DNA of 64,000 bases, taken from assembly GCA_949282305.1 (NCBI GenBank), contig CASDPB010000131.1, forward strand, positions 9,405 to 73,404, in the 5' to 3' direction. Numbering within the stretch: the stretch's first letter is position 1; each line of letters opens with the position of its first letter. A model generated the notes under the pieces. The model saw only the letters and a list, made by a program, of their open reading frames with translations. It did no database searches and was not told the origin of the DNA. The stretch is from an uncultured Lentisphaeria bacterium. GTDB taxonomy: Bacteria > Verrucomicrobiota > Lentisphaeria > Victivallales > UBA1829. The position numbers and the translations under genes were made by a program. Shown here piece by piece: positions 48,393-58,537 of this stretch.

Positions 48393-49079
48393 TCATGGCT
48401 GCTGTTTGATTTTGAAATCGTAAAAACGGTTCCTGCCTTCACAGCCGATGATTCCCGCATAATAGGAGTCGGGCAGATTGTTGTCCGCATAGCCGAACGT
48501 TCTGCCGTCGCAGGTGACGGTCATGACTTTTCCGTGTTTCGTACAGGACAGCCTTACCTGAAGATTATAGCGCTTTCCCGGCAGGAATTCCGCTTCAAGA
48601 AATGCCGCTCTGCGCCAGGCGGGTCTGCCGTTCCTGTAGGTGTGATGCCAGATGTTGATTCCTTCGTTGAACAGCACGACTTCATAATGTTCGCGGTGTT
48701 CCGCTTCGCCTCTGGCATTCCTGCCGATTTCTCCGGCAATGACGATCAGCGGCGCCATGCGGTGATCGAAACTCATTGTGGAGGAGATCAGGCTGTCGCC
48801 CGTGAATTTTCTGTTGAGCATGATACAGGAATAAACTTCCGCCCCGTGCTTCCTGAGAAGGACGTCGTCGGGCAGGTCGGGCGTTTTGTTGGTGATGTGA
48901 TCGTCCATCTGGAGCATTTCGCCCATATAGTCGAAACGGGGACTTTTCACGGGAATCCACGCCCCCGTGTCCCACTTGCCCCGTTCAAATGTGGTGGAAT
49001 ACTCCTCCGCCTGAACCGCCCCTGTGCAGCAACACAGGGAAACGGCGAGGGCGCGGGACACGTTTCCGGCTCTGCCCAT
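48393..49079 (-). CDS. secreted hypothetical protein (beta-sandwich/concanavalin-like)
   Basis: Signal-like N-terminus (AVQA|EE); beta-rich; ends GIIGCEGRNRFYDFKI. Confidence 0.6.
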   Translation of the reverse strand: MGRAGNVSRALAVSLCCCTGAVQAEEYSTTFERGKWDTGAWIPVKSPRFDYMGEMLQMDDHITNKTPDLPDDVLLRKHGAEVYSCIMLNRKFTGDSLISSTMSFDHRMAPLIVIAGEIGRNARGEAEHREHYEVVLFNEGINIWHHTYRNGRPAWRRAAFLEAEFLPGKRYNLQVRLSCTKHGKVMTVTCDGRTFGYADNNLPDSYYAGIIGCEGRNRFYDFKIKQQP

Positions 49080-49102
49080 TCTTTCTTTCTTGTATTTTCC
49101 GG

Positions 49103-49471
49103 TTATTTCTTTACCCACTTGCCATCTTTCTGGATGTATTCGCCGGGTCTGGCGATCTGTGCCAGCCTGGCGGCTCTCTGGGAGGCGACGACTTCGACGG
49201 ATACATTCTCCTTTTTTGCGATGTAGGCGTAGACGGTTTTCCTGTCTGCGTTTTCCGCTTTGACCACAGCGTCCGCCTGCGGGGTGCTCTTGCCGCCGAC
49301 AAAGGCGAGATAGCCTTTGGAGTCTTCCCCGATTACGCCGGCCTTTTTAAGTTCGATGATCTGCGGGATGCGCTGCTTCATGCGTGTCCGGATGTCCTGC
49401 GCGTTTGCGGACGGGATCAGAAATGCGCCGGCCATGAGGGCCGCCGAGAGAAATACGAGCATTTTTTTCAT
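49103..49471 (-). CDS. ydbL: YdbL / DUF1318 family protein
   Basis: Signal peptide; GVIGE...GYL, ENADR..VY..IA, G.YIQ..GKW. Confidence 0.88.
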   Translation of the reverse strand: MKKMLVFLSAALMAGAFLIPSANAQDIRTRMKQRIPQIIELKKAGVIGEDSKGYLAFVGGKSTPQADAVVKAENADRKTVYAYIAKKENVSVEVVASQRAARLAQIARPGEYIQKDGKWVKK

Positions 49472-49497
49472 GATGATGTTCCTTTCCTGAATTGAAA

Positions 49498-49698
49498 TTA
49501 CTGTGCCGCTGCTTTATCGAGATCGCTGAAGTAGTCGTCAAGCGCCTTGTCCACTTTGACGTTGACGTCGATCGTGATGTGGACGGGTTTGATTTCGCTT
49601 TCCGTTTTGATCTCGTGATGTGTCCAGCAACCAGTGCAGAGCCCGGCGAGAACGATTGCCGCAAATGCGGTTACAGCATACATTTTCTTCATTTGCAA
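49498..49698 (-). CDS. ynbE: YnbE-family lipoprotein
   Basis: Lipobox-like TGC; IKPVHITIDVNVKVDKALDDYF; sits between ydbH and ydbL. Confidence 0.85.
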   Translation of the reverse strand: MQMKKMYAVTAFAAIVLAGLCTGCWTHHEIKTESEIKPVHITIDVNVKVDKALDDYFSDLDKAAAQ

Positions 49699-49710
49699 AC
49701 CTCCTTGGTA

Positions 49711-52299
49711 TTACTTGTTTCCATTGATTAATTTATTGTAGATCTGGTAAAGTTCAAGCGATTTCGTCAGCGGGATCGTGACATTGACATCCAGCGGGAT
49801 TCCCTGAAAACGGTTGGTGCCCTGCGTCCTGACGGGGCGTCCGGTGTCGGGATCCACGGAGAAGTGAAGCGGACCGGACGGTTTTCCATCCACCTGGAAT
49901 TTGAGCTTGAGGTCGTCTTTTTCTGTGTTCATCGTGAGCTTGACCCACTGATACTGGAAGTCTTTCAGGGCGGAAAGCGCGAAGGACATTTCGACCGAGG
50001 ACTGGCCCATGGCGTTGACCGTTGCATTCGGAACCAGCTTGAGGATTCCCGTTTCTCCCGGCGTGGAATACAGGAACCCGTTGCGGAAAATGATCCTGCC
50101 GTTGCGGATTGAGACCGGAACCGTGCCGTTCAGTTCGGCATTGTCTCCGGCATCCGCTCCGATGCCGAACTGCGCGAGAAGCTGTCCGAGGCGGACTCTG
50201 TCGCAGTTCATGATCGTGCTGAAGCGTTCCGTTTCCGGGGCGATCTTGACGGAGCCGATGCGGATTTTCCCGTCGCACCAGTTGAACGTTGCGCCTTCAA
50301 GATACCAGACCTTCGGTGTTTCCATGCGGAAATTGACGCGCCCGGAGTCAAACTGCAGGGTGTCGAACTGAAACGCCTTGAAACGGAAAAGCTGTCCGGC
50401 GTCACTTTCAAGCTCCGGCAGATTCGGAAGCGAGAAACGGAGCGCCGCATCCGTGAGCTTGAGTTTCTTTTCCGCCGATTCCACGTTGATCTTTGAGAAG
50501 TTGACCGAGGCGCTGCCGCCGTGTCCGAGCGGCGTCCATTTGTAGGTGCAGTCCGCCTTGAGAGCAGCGGAGCTCAGCTGGAACGAATCCAGCGCCGGAA
50601 GATATTTTCCGAGCTCCAGCGGTTTTGCCAGGCCTTGTTCCGGGATGGAGAACCTGCCTTCAAGAAGCGTGCCTTCCTGCCGGAATGACACATCGAGGAG
50701 CGAACGCACTCCGAGGGTGTCAATGTCCGCGTGCAGTTTGTAATGTCCTTCTGCCGGGTTGGGATGAAGTTCCCCGGCGATATACCCGATTTCATGTTTG
50801 CCGCAGAGAATCCGCTCCACTGCAAAACGGCTTGCGCTTTTCCCGTCCAGATTCACCTGCGTGGAAATTCCGCGGAGAGCCGCCAGAACTGTATCGGCAT
50901 TGGAGAACGCGAGTTCCGGCAGGTTCACGTCGACTCTGAGCTTCTCCGGAGTGCCTCCGAGATTCAGGCGGAATCCCTTTGCCGCAAGGGAAAACGCATC
51001 TTTGCTGATTTTCGCCTCCGGCACCCGGATTTGACCGGATACCCGGATGCTGTCCCCGAAGACGAGGCGGACATAGTTTTCTCTCCTGTCCAATGCAGGG
51101 AAAACAATTTTGACGCCGTTGAACAGGATTTCATGAGTCTTGACGGGGAGGGGATGGGGGTGCAGCGTGAATTCCGGAATGTCTTCCGGATTGCGCTTCA
51201 GTGAGAATGTCCCGGAGAGATCCCCTTCCTCCGTTCCGCCGATGTTGACGGTGCAGGTACCGTTGACGCCTTTGTCACGGTTCAGTTTGCTGCTTACGGA
51301 GAATTGTTTCAGCGCATAAGTGATGCCGCCGATCGTCGTATGGAGTCCGCCGGTGTATTCGATGTCCGCGACGCCGTTCCGGTAGGAGACTCCGGTTTTT
51401 GCGGAACCTTCTATCCGGTATGTTCCGCAGGGGTAGCTGAGCGACTGAACATCCAGCGTGCCTTTCAGATTTTCCAGCGTCATTTTTCTGAGATCCAGCG
51501 AGAAACTCCCCGCCAATGCAATTTGACCGCCGAGCGCCGGAGACGATGAGATCATATTCCTCAGCATCTGCGGCAGAGTGCCCGGCTGCAGTTTTATGTC
51601 GGCGGTTCCGAGGACGGTGCCTTTGTGCAGGTCGGCACTGCCGTTTAACCTGACCTGATTTCCGGCGGAAAGGAATATCTGCATGGAATAGGTTACGTTC
51701 TCCCAGCCGGACTGATCCGACTGGGTTACGGCTGCCATGAAGGGAACCAGCTGAAAATCATTGTCGCTGAGAAGGACCAGATTGCCGTTGAAATTGATTT
51801 CCCTGATTTTCAGCGGCAGAGTGAAGAACGGGGCGTCCGGCGGCTTTTCCGCTTTTTTTCCGGTCGCCTCCGCTGTCTTGAACAGGTGCAGCAGGGGACA
51901 ATCCAGTTTGCCGTTTTTCAGGGACAAGGGCAGATTTACGTTGTAGAGGGTGACGGAGTCCAGGGTTCCGGAAAGAAGCCTGTGGGGGGCATAGGACATG
52001 CCCAGGTTTCCAAGCAGCATCTGCCTTCCCGGAGTGAAGGAGCTGTCTTTGGGAAAGGAGGCATTGACTCCGACCATGCTGCGGCCGAGTCCCAGCTCGC
52101 GCAGTTCGACGTTCATTCCGCCTTTCTCAATGCAGCGTTTCAGTATCCGGTTGGAGACGCTTTCAAGAAATCTCGGCAGAAAAAGCAGAAACAGGGGGAT
52201 GAGGAGAAGCAGAAACCGGCAGATTCTCCACAGTTTTTTCCAGCGGGAAGGGCGCAGTGTTTCTTCCGCGTTTTTTTGCTGTTCCGGCGCTTTGGTCAT
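49711..52299 (-). CDS. ydbH: YdbH-like AsmA-superfamily intermembrane bridge protein
   Basis: N-terminal TM, beta-rich body, C-terminal WCDG, LNGTVPV, ALKDFQY; adjacent to ynbE-ydbL. Confidence 0.8.
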   Translation of the reverse strand: MTKAPEQQKNAEETLRPSRWKKLWRICRFLLLLIPLFLLFLPRFLESVSNRILKRCIEKGGMNVELRELGLGRSMVGVNASFPKDSSFTPGRQMLLGNLGMSYAPHRLLSGTLDSVTLYNVNLPLSLKNGKLDCPLLHLFKTAEATGKKAEKPPDAPFFTLPLKIREINFNGNLVLLSDNDFQLVPFMAAVTQSDQSGWENVTYSMQIFLSAGNQVRLNGSADLHKGTVLGTADIKLQPGTLPQMLRNMISSSPALGGQIALAGSFSLDLRKMTLENLKGTLDVQSLSYPCGTYRIEGSAKTGVSYRNGVADIEYTGGLHTTIGGITYALKQFSVSSKLNRDKGVNGTCTVNIGGTEEGDLSGTFSLKRNPEDIPEFTLHPHPLPVKTHEILFNGVKIVFPALDRRENYVRLVFGDSIRVSGQIRVPEAKISKDAFSLAAKGFRLNLGGTPEKLRVDVNLPELAFSNADTVLAALRGISTQVNLDGKSASRFAVERILCGKHEIGYIAGELHPNPAEGHYKLHADIDTLGVRSLLDVSFRQEGTLLEGRFSIPEQGLAKPLELGKYLPALDSFQLSSAALKADCTYKWTPLGHGGSASVNFSKINVESAEKKLKLTDAALRFSLPNLPELESDAGQLFRFKAFQFDTLQFDSGRVNFRMETPKVWYLEGATFNWCDGKIRIGSVKIAPETERFSTIMNCDRVRLGQLLAQFGIGADAGDNAELNGTVPVSIRNGRIIFRNGFLYSTPGETGILKLVPNATVNAMGQSSVEMSFALSALKDFQYQWVKLTMNTEKDDLKLKFQVDGKPSGPLHFSVDPDTGRPVRTQGTNRFQGIPLDVNVTIPLTKSLELYQIYNKLINGNK

Positions 52300-53186
52300 T
52301 CCACCAGCCTCCGTACCGTTCCGTATTCGATGGTCTTGACAACCTGAAATGCGTGAAGCTGATCTTCACGCCAGCAGAGCCGTCCGTATTCGTCGTGACC
52401 GAAACAGCCGCGCGCAAAGTCTTCGGCAGCCTGCGGATAGACAATCCAGTCTCCATATTCTTTCAGCCGTTCCTGATTTTCCGCGGCGATGATGGAAAGC
52501 AGGTCTTTGTTTGCGCCGTGGCGGTGCGCATTCCGGCGTGCAGCGAAAACCTCCCGGAGTTCTTCGAGCGAGTGTCCCATGAGATTTACCGGGCATGGTT
52601 CCGAAATTCCGAGCAGGGGACCGGAATCCATCTCGGAGGCGCCGGGCGTGTAGGGCTGAACGAGAATGACGCTGCTGCGCAGAGAGGTCTTCCCGGAGAG
52701 TATGGCAAGTTCGATCGGAACGCTGTGGAGCCCGACCAGATAACGGCGTCCGTCTTTCATGACCGTGAGATCGCCGGGATGCACGTTCAGGCAGGGAAAG
52801 TCTCCGACGATATTGGTCAGAGGGACAAAACCGGCGAGAAGCCCGAAGTCAATTTTGTAAGGCGCGATCATGACGCGGAGCTGGTCTGTCCAGAGATCAC
52901 GGATATGCCGCGCTTCGGGGGTCGCCAGCGTGACTTTGTCCTGTCCGCGGGCGCGGTAGAATTCAAAGATGCTGTGTTCAAGGAGGGGAAGACCGTATTT
53001 TTCCGCAATTTCGCGTGCTCTGCTGGTGCGCGGCCGGTCTGTCACAATCAGTGCCGGATGCCATGCGGCTCTGCTGCCGAGGCGTCTGTTATGTTCCAGA
53101 AGTTTTTCCGCATTTGTGCCGCTTCCGCTTAAAAAAATGGCCGCCGAGGGCTTTTTTGATGAATCTTTTAAAAAAACATTGACCAT
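52296..53186 (-). CDS. formyltransferase, divergent PurN-like
   Basis: FLSGSGTNA, LAGF, NVHPGDL, MDSGP, GDW..YP. Confidence 0.75.
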   Translation of the reverse strand: MVNVFLKDSSKKPSAAIFLSGSGTNAEKLLEHNRRLGSRAAWHPALIVTDRPRTSRAREIAEKYGLPLLEHSIFEFYRARGQDKVTLATPEARHIRDLWTDQLRVMIAPYKIDFGLLAGFVPLTNIVGDFPCLNVHPGDLTVMKDGRRYLVGLHSVPIELAILSGKTSLRSSVILVQPYTPGASEMDSGPLLGISEPCPVNLMGHSLEELREVFAARRNAHRHGANKDLLSIIAAENQERLKEYGDWIVYPQAAEDFARGCFGHDEYGRLCWREDQLHAFQVVKTIEYGTVRRLVE

Positions 53187-53275
53187 TAGAGATACTTTCG
53201 ATTTGATTTTACACTAAACATGTCATAGAATATATGGTCAATGAAAAAAATCAAATTTTAATTACAGGATATTTT

Positions 53276-54091
53276 ATGATGAAAGCAACTTTTTTTAGTC
53301 TGCTGACTGTATTTTTCGGACTTTCTGCTGTTTCCGCGGAAACGGCGGCGGTCAAAGCTGAAGAAAAATCCCCTGCAACGGTCAAGACGGAGGTCGCCTC
53401 TGAAGTCAAGGCGGCTCCCGCGCCTGGCGACGTGAAATCCCCGGAGACAGTCAAGGCTGAGAAAGAAGCACTTGCGGAAGAGAAGGAAAAAACGGCGCCT
53501 GAAGAGAAGACGGAAACAGCCGCAGGGACGTGCCGTGCTGAGGAGAAAGCACCGTCCGAGGCGGAACTTGCCGAAACTGTTACCGTGGAACGGGTTTCCA
53601 CGCCTTCCGATGTGCGATATAAAAAGGGAAAGCGGATTCCGAATCTGATTCTGACTGCCAATTATCAAAGTCCGGTAGTTCTTGCCGAACTTGCGCGCAA
53701 GGACTCGGACGTGATGTATATTCTTCTTCCTACGGAGTGTTCCGTAGAGCAGAAAATCATGGTATATCCGCCGAACAAAGCGGATGCCTTCGAGGTCAAA
53801 GAGGAGATGCTTTCCAAGTTCATCTCGTTCGTGAATCCGAAACGGGTGATCTTTCTCGGCGGCGTGGAAGTGGTTCCCGCCAAGTACCGTCTTGCCGTTG
53901 AGCCCTCCTATGAGCATGTTGAAATTGAAGATCTGAACTGGAACATCAATGCGATCATTCTGGGCAATCTTCTGATGGATCGCGGGATGCAGAAGAAGTT
54001 CAAGGATTCTTCCAAGAACGATCCGGTGCCGGGAAAGTCGGAGTTTCAGGACAGGGCAGACGGCACAGTGACTGCGGAAGAGAAGAAGTAA
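53276..54091 (+). CDS. secreted hypothetical protein with Ala/Glu/Lys-rich linker
   Basis: Signal peptide (VSA|ET), about 90-aa low-complexity region, then a globular domain with PKRVIFLGG..VVP. Confidence 0.65.
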   Translation: MMKATFFSLLTVFFGLSAVSAETAAVKAEEKSPATVKTEVASEVKAAPAPGDVKSPETVKAEKEALAEEKEKTAPEEKTETAAGTCRAEEKAPSEAELAETVTVERVSTPSDVRYKKGKRIPNLILTANYQSPVVLAELARKDSDVMYILLPTECSVEQKIMVYPPNKADAFEVKEEMLSKFISFVNPKRVIFLGGVEVVPAKYRLAVEPSYEHVEIEDLNWNINAIILGNLLMDRGMQKKFKDSSKNDPVPGKSEFQDRADGTVTAEEKK

Positions 54092-54113
54092 CGCCGGAAA
54101 GGGAGAACAAGAG

Positions 54114-55094
54114 ATGCTGATCATTTACAAACTGGCGAGAAACACCTTTATCGAGTGTATCCGTGAACCGATTTATTTTCTGATGCTTGCCTGCGCGATG
54201 GTCATGATCGGGTTGTTCCCGACTGCTGCGATGTTCGTTTTTCGCGAGCAGATCAAGCTGGTGGTGGACAGTTCGATGGCGACGACTCTTGTATTCAGTC
54301 TTGTGGTGGCGGTGGTCTGCGCCGCCCACACGATCAGCCGTGAGATGAAAAACGGAACGGTTCTCCTGCTGATGTCCAAGCCGGTGACGCGCGGTTCCTT
54401 TGTGCTGGGGAAAATCCTCGGCATCATGGCTGCGATTACGATTTTCGTGTTCCTCTGCAACGCCGCGTCCCTGATGTCCGTCCTGATCGCCAAGGACCAG
54501 TTCCGCCTGGACTATACGGCGATGGGGCTCTATTATGCCGCGATTGCAATTTCCGCGCTCTACGGTGCGCTCCGCAACTTCTTCAATCAGAAATCCTTTA
54601 CGGCAAATTCTCTGGTCGCCCTGCTGATTCTGATTCCTGTCCTTGCGGCGGTTTTCTACTTCGTCCGCATCAATGCCTATCATTCCCATGACATGATTGA
54701 TCCGGAGGAGTTCATTGAGGCGAAACATCTGATTCCGGCTCTGCTTCTGCTGTTCCCGGCGGTCTGGACGATGGGCTCGATTACGGCGGCGCTTTCGACG
54801 CGGCTTGAGCTGGTTTCAAACCTGACGATCTGCACCGTGATTTTCATGCTCGGGCTGGTGTCGAAATACTTTGTGACGCAGTGGCTTGGAACGGGGCTCG
54901 TCGCCGATTTCGTGAGAACGCTGCTTCCGAACTGGCAGTATTTCTGGATGGCGGATGCTTTGGCAAGCCGGCAGGTGATCCCGTTCACTTATCTGCTGTG
55001 GGCGCTGGTATACGTTTTCTTCTATATCGGATTCTGGACCCTCTGGGCGATGGCTCTGTTCAATGAGCGGGAAATTGCAAAGGATTCCCGTTGA
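54114..55094 (+). CDS. ABC-2 type permease (PilI/NosY-like)
   Basis: ARNTFIECIREP, ISRE..NGTVLLLMSKPV.R..FVLGK; multiple TM helices. Confidence 0.85.
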   Translation: MLIIYKLARNTFIECIREPIYFLMLACAMVMIGLFPTAAMFVFREQIKLVVDSSMATTLVFSLVVAVVCAAHTISREMKNGTVLLLMSKPVTRGSFVLGKILGIMAAITIFVFLCNAASLMSVLIAKDQFRLDYTAMGLYYAAIAISALYGALRNFFNQKSFTANSLVALLILIPVLAAVFYFVRINAYHSHDMIDPEEFIEAKHLIPALLLLFPAVWTMGSITAALSTRLELVSNLTICTVIFMLGLVSKYFVTQWLGTGLVADFVRTLLPNWQYFWMADALASRQVIPFTYLLWALVYVFFYIGFWTLWAMALFNEREIAKDSR

Positions 55095-55166
55095 GAGACG
55101 GAACTTTTTCATAGAGCCGGTGTCAATGCAATCATCTGATATTTTTAAGTCTTTTCCGGGGAGCCG

Positions 55167-55892
55167 ATGACGATTTCTGCAGAACATCTTTGTAAACGCT
55201 ATGGGAACAAAGTATCCGTCGAGGACATGAGTTTTTCTCTTGACGGACATCATGTATTGGGGTTCATCGGTCCCAACGGCGCAGGCAAGACCACCACCAT
55301 GCGGATGCTTTGCGGGATCATGCCGCCATCTTCGGGGGATGTGCTGATCGACGGCGCAAGTATTTTGAACGATCTTGTGACGGCGAAACAGAAGATCGGC
55401 TATCTGCCGGAAAATGCGCCGCTTCACGGAAGTATGACGGTTCATTCTTTTCTGACTTATTGCGGGCGCATGCGGGGGCTTTGCGGCAGGGCGCTGACGG
55501 AGGCTGTTGGCGCTTCAATTGAAAGGTGCGCTCTGGAGTCGGCGGAACAGGAGGAGATCGAATCGCTTTCAAAAGGATTCAAACGGCGGGTGTGTCTGGC
55601 GCAGGCGATCATGCACTCACCGAAAGTGCTTGTCATGGATGAACCTACGGATGGGCTTGACCCGAATCAGAAGCGCGAAATCCGTTCCCTGATCCGCAGC
55701 ATGCGGGATCACAGCGCCATCATTGTTTCGACTCATATCCTGGAAGAGATTGATGCCGTGTGCGACCGCGTGCTGACGATCTGCGCCGGGCGCAAGGTGT
55801 TTGACGGAACGGTATCCGAGTTCCGCGCCCTGGTTCCGTCCGGGCGTCTGGACGATGTTTTTGCGATGCTTTCCGGAGGGATGCCGTCATGA
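55167..55892 (+). CDS. ABC ATP-binding protein (GldA-like)
   Basis: GPNGAGKTT, LSKGF signature, MDEPTDGLDPNQ, STHIL. Confidence 0.92.
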   Translation: MTISAEHLCKRYGNKVSVEDMSFSLDGHHVLGFIGPNGAGKTTTMRMLCGIMPPSSGDVLIDGASILNDLVTAKQKIGYLPENAPLHGSMTVHSFLTYCGRMRGLCGRALTEAVGASIERCALESAEQEEIESLSKGFKRRVCLAQAIMHSPKVLVMDEPTDGLDPNQKREIRSLIRSMRDHSAIIVSTHILEEIDAVCDRVLTICAGRKVFDGTVSEFRALVPSGRLDDVFAMLSGGMPS

Positions 55893-58537
55893 TGTTTTCC
55901 CTGAGAAAGATCCGTGCCGTCTGGCAGAGAGAGTTTTTCGCTGAGGCGGCTTCTCCAACCGCCTGGGTGTTCCTTGTGATCTTCCTCGAACTTTCCGCGT
56001 TTCTGACTTTCATCATGAGCGGATTGTTTTCTTACGGACAGGCGGATCTGTCGCCGTTTTTCGAGTGGTTCCCCTGGCTGTTTCTGTTCATCATCCCCGC
56101 GCTGGGAATGCCGCTGTGGTCCGAGGAGCGCAAGACCGGTTCCTTCGAGCTTTCCCTTTCGTTTCCCGTGACTTTGTGGGAACTTGCGCTCGGGAAATTC
56201 CTTGCTGGCATGACCCTGCTCCTGATTGCACTTCTGCTGACTGTTTCCGTCCCTCTGACGGCGCTTTACCTCGGGCGCCCCGATCTTGGCGCGATTGTCT
56301 GCGGTTATTTCGGCGCGCTGCTCCTGGGGGCGGTGTATCTTTCCGTTTCCTGCTTCTGTTCGGCGCTTTCCAAAAGCCAGACTGCAAGTTTCCTGTTTTC
56401 CCTGGTGATCTGCGCGGTGTTCATGACGATCGGGCTTCCCGTCGTTCTGGATATGGGGCTTCTTTTTCTGCCGGAATGGCTGGTGTCCGTTTTTTCCTAT
56501 CTGGCATTTCTGCCTCATTACACGGCATTCCAGCGCGGATTTGTCGATTCCGCGGATCTTGTCTACTGCATCAGCCTGACTCTGTTTTTCCTCTGTCTGA
56601 CAACCTTTTCACTGGAATTTGCGGCATCCGGCACGGGGAACATTTTTGCTCCCGGGGCATTGCGTGAAGCGTCGACGAAAAAAGCCTTCCGCCGTCTTGC
56701 CGCAAGGGTTGCGCTCTCTTTTTATGCGCTGATCTGCCTGAATCTGATCGGTTCGACATTTCAGCTGAGATGGGATATGAGTTCCGACGGGGCGTACTCC
56801 CTTTCCAAAGAGGCGGAAAATTTTGCTTCCTCGCTGGGAAATTCCGCGACATTGCGCTTTTATGCGTCGAAATCAAGTCCGCGTATGCCCGAGTCCATGA
56901 AGAAATATGCGGAGCGCGTCGAGTGGCTTCTCCGCGATCTCTGCAAGGCGTCCCGCGGCAAGTTGACTCTGCATGTGCTTGACCCCGAACCGGATTCGGA
57001 AGACGAGGAAGCCGCGTTCCTGGAAGGGCTGAAACCGTTCCAGATCAACAGCGGCGACCGTTTTTATCTCGGGCTCTCCGTATCGAATGCGGATCGCTGT
57101 GTCGCATTGCCTCAGCTTGCGCTTCAGCAGGAGAATCTGCTGGAATATGATGTCGTGCGCGCGATTCTGAATGTGACGGAGGAGAAACGCCCCGTAATCG
57201 GGATTATGAGTGCGCTTCCTGTTACGGGGACGCCGGTCAATCTGGGGCTTCAGCAGTATGACAAGGACAAGCCGCCCGTGTTCGAGCATCCGTGGTATAT
57301 CGTCAATGAACTTTCACGCAACTATAATGTGATAAAGGTGCCGCTGGATACGGCTGTGATAGAGAATGTCGACGCGCTTCTCGTGATTCATCCCGCCGGA
57401 ATTCAGGAGCGTGCCGTCTATGCGCTGGATCAGTATCTGATGCGCGGCGGGAAAATGGCGGTCTTCCTTGATCCGCGTTCTTTCTATGCAATGATCAAGC
57501 TGAAAAATGATTACAGTTACATGGAGAGAATTTCCTCATCGCTGGAGCCGTTGACGACGGCATGGGGCGTGTCATACAATCCGAATCTGGTGGCGGCGGA
57601 TATGATTTATTCTTACCGCAGGGTTCTGCCGGAACGGATTGTTTCCAACCCCGTGGCGATGAATATTTCAGGGGAGGGGATTTCCCGCAAGCTGCCGCTG
57701 ACCTCACCGCTGAACATGCTGGAACTCTGGTTTTCCGCCGGAGTCGAAGCGGTGCCGCCTTCGGGAGTTGCGGCGGAAACTCTGCTTTCAACATCCAATG
57801 ATTCACAGATGGTCAGCGCATACGTTGCGGAGCGTCCGGAACTGATCCTGAAAAACTTCAAGGCGTCCGGAAGGAAAATCCCGCTTGGAATCCGTTTGAG
57901 CGGACGTTTCCCGAGCGCATTCCCGAAAGGGTCGCCCATTGTCTCCGACGAGCCACATTTGAAGGAATCGGTAAAGGAGACCGAGGTGTTTCTGTTCGGC
58001 GACAGCGACATGCTGTTCAACGATCTCTGCGTGAGGGCAGTGCGGGATGCCTACGGGCAGAACAATATTGTGCGGCAGAATGACAATATTGCCCTGCTGG
58101 AAGGGATGGTCGAGCAGATGACCAGCAGCGGCGGCTGGCTGTCCCGCATCCGGAACCGCGTCCCGATGAGCCGTCCGTTGACGAAGATCAACGAAATCAA
58201 GGCGCGTGCGGAACTTGCCTACAAGTCCCGTATTCTTGCGCTGGAGCGCGATCTGCGCGAGTCGCAGGAACAGGTGCAGGCGATCCGGAACCAGATGAAC
58301 AGCGGCGCCCGGAAGGAGCTGACTGCGGAACAGAAGGCGGAGCTCAAGGAGTATTCCTTCAAAAATTCGCAGGTGCGCCGTGAACTGAAGGATGTCCGCA
58401 AACAGCTTCGCGCGGACATGAACCGGATTGACACGGTTCTTAGAGTTGTGAATTTGCTGATGGTGCCCGGCCTGGTGATTCTCGCCGGTCTGGTCTGGTC
58501 ATTCTTCCGGTTTTCCAAATGGAGACGTAAAAAATGA
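55889..58537 (+). CDS. fused GldF-like permease and GldG-like auxiliary component
   Basis: PALGM.LWSEE.K.G..E and GKF (GldF); D.S....YSLS, EYD, LDQYLMRGG, GDSD, coiled coil and C-terminal TM (GldG). Confidence 0.85.
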   Translation: MMFSLRKIRAVWQREFFAEAASPTAWVFLVIFLELSAFLTFIMSGLFSYGQADLSPFFEWFPWLFLFIIPALGMPLWSEERKTGSFELSLSFPVTLWELALGKFLAGMTLLLIALLLTVSVPLTALYLGRPDLGAIVCGYFGALLLGAVYLSVSCFCSALSKSQTASFLFSLVICAVFMTIGLPVVLDMGLLFLPEWLVSVFSYLAFLPHYTAFQRGFVDSADLVYCISLTLFFLCLTTFSLEFAASGTGNIFAPGALREASTKKAFRRLAARVALSFYALICLNLIGSTFQLRWDMSSDGAYSLSKEAENFASSLGNSATLRFYASKSSPRMPESMKKYAERVEWLLRDLCKASRGKLTLHVLDPEPDSEDEEAAFLEGLKPFQINSGDRFYLGLSVSNADRCVALPQLALQQENLLEYDVVRAILNVTEEKRPVIGIMSALPVTGTPVNLGLQQYDKDKPPVFEHPWYIVNELSRNYNVIKVPLDTAVIENVDALLVIHPAGIQERAVYALDQYLMRGGKMAVFLDPRSFYAMIKLKNDYSYMERISSSLEPLTTAWGVSYNPNLVAADMIYSYRRVLPERIVSNPVAMNISGEGISRKLPLTSPLNMLELWFSAGVEAVPPSGVAAETLLSTSNDSQMVSAYVAERPELILKNFKASGRKIPLGIRLSGRFPSAFPKGSPIVSDEPHLKESVKETEVFLFGDSDMLFNDLCVRAVRDAYGQNNIVRQNDNIALLEGMVEQMTSSGGWLSRIRNRVPMSRPLTKINEIKARAELAYKSRILALERDLRESQEQVQAIRNQMNSGARKELTAEQKAELKEYSFKNSQVRRELKDVRKQLRADMNRIDTVLRVVNLLMVPGLVILAGLVWSFFRFSKWRRKK

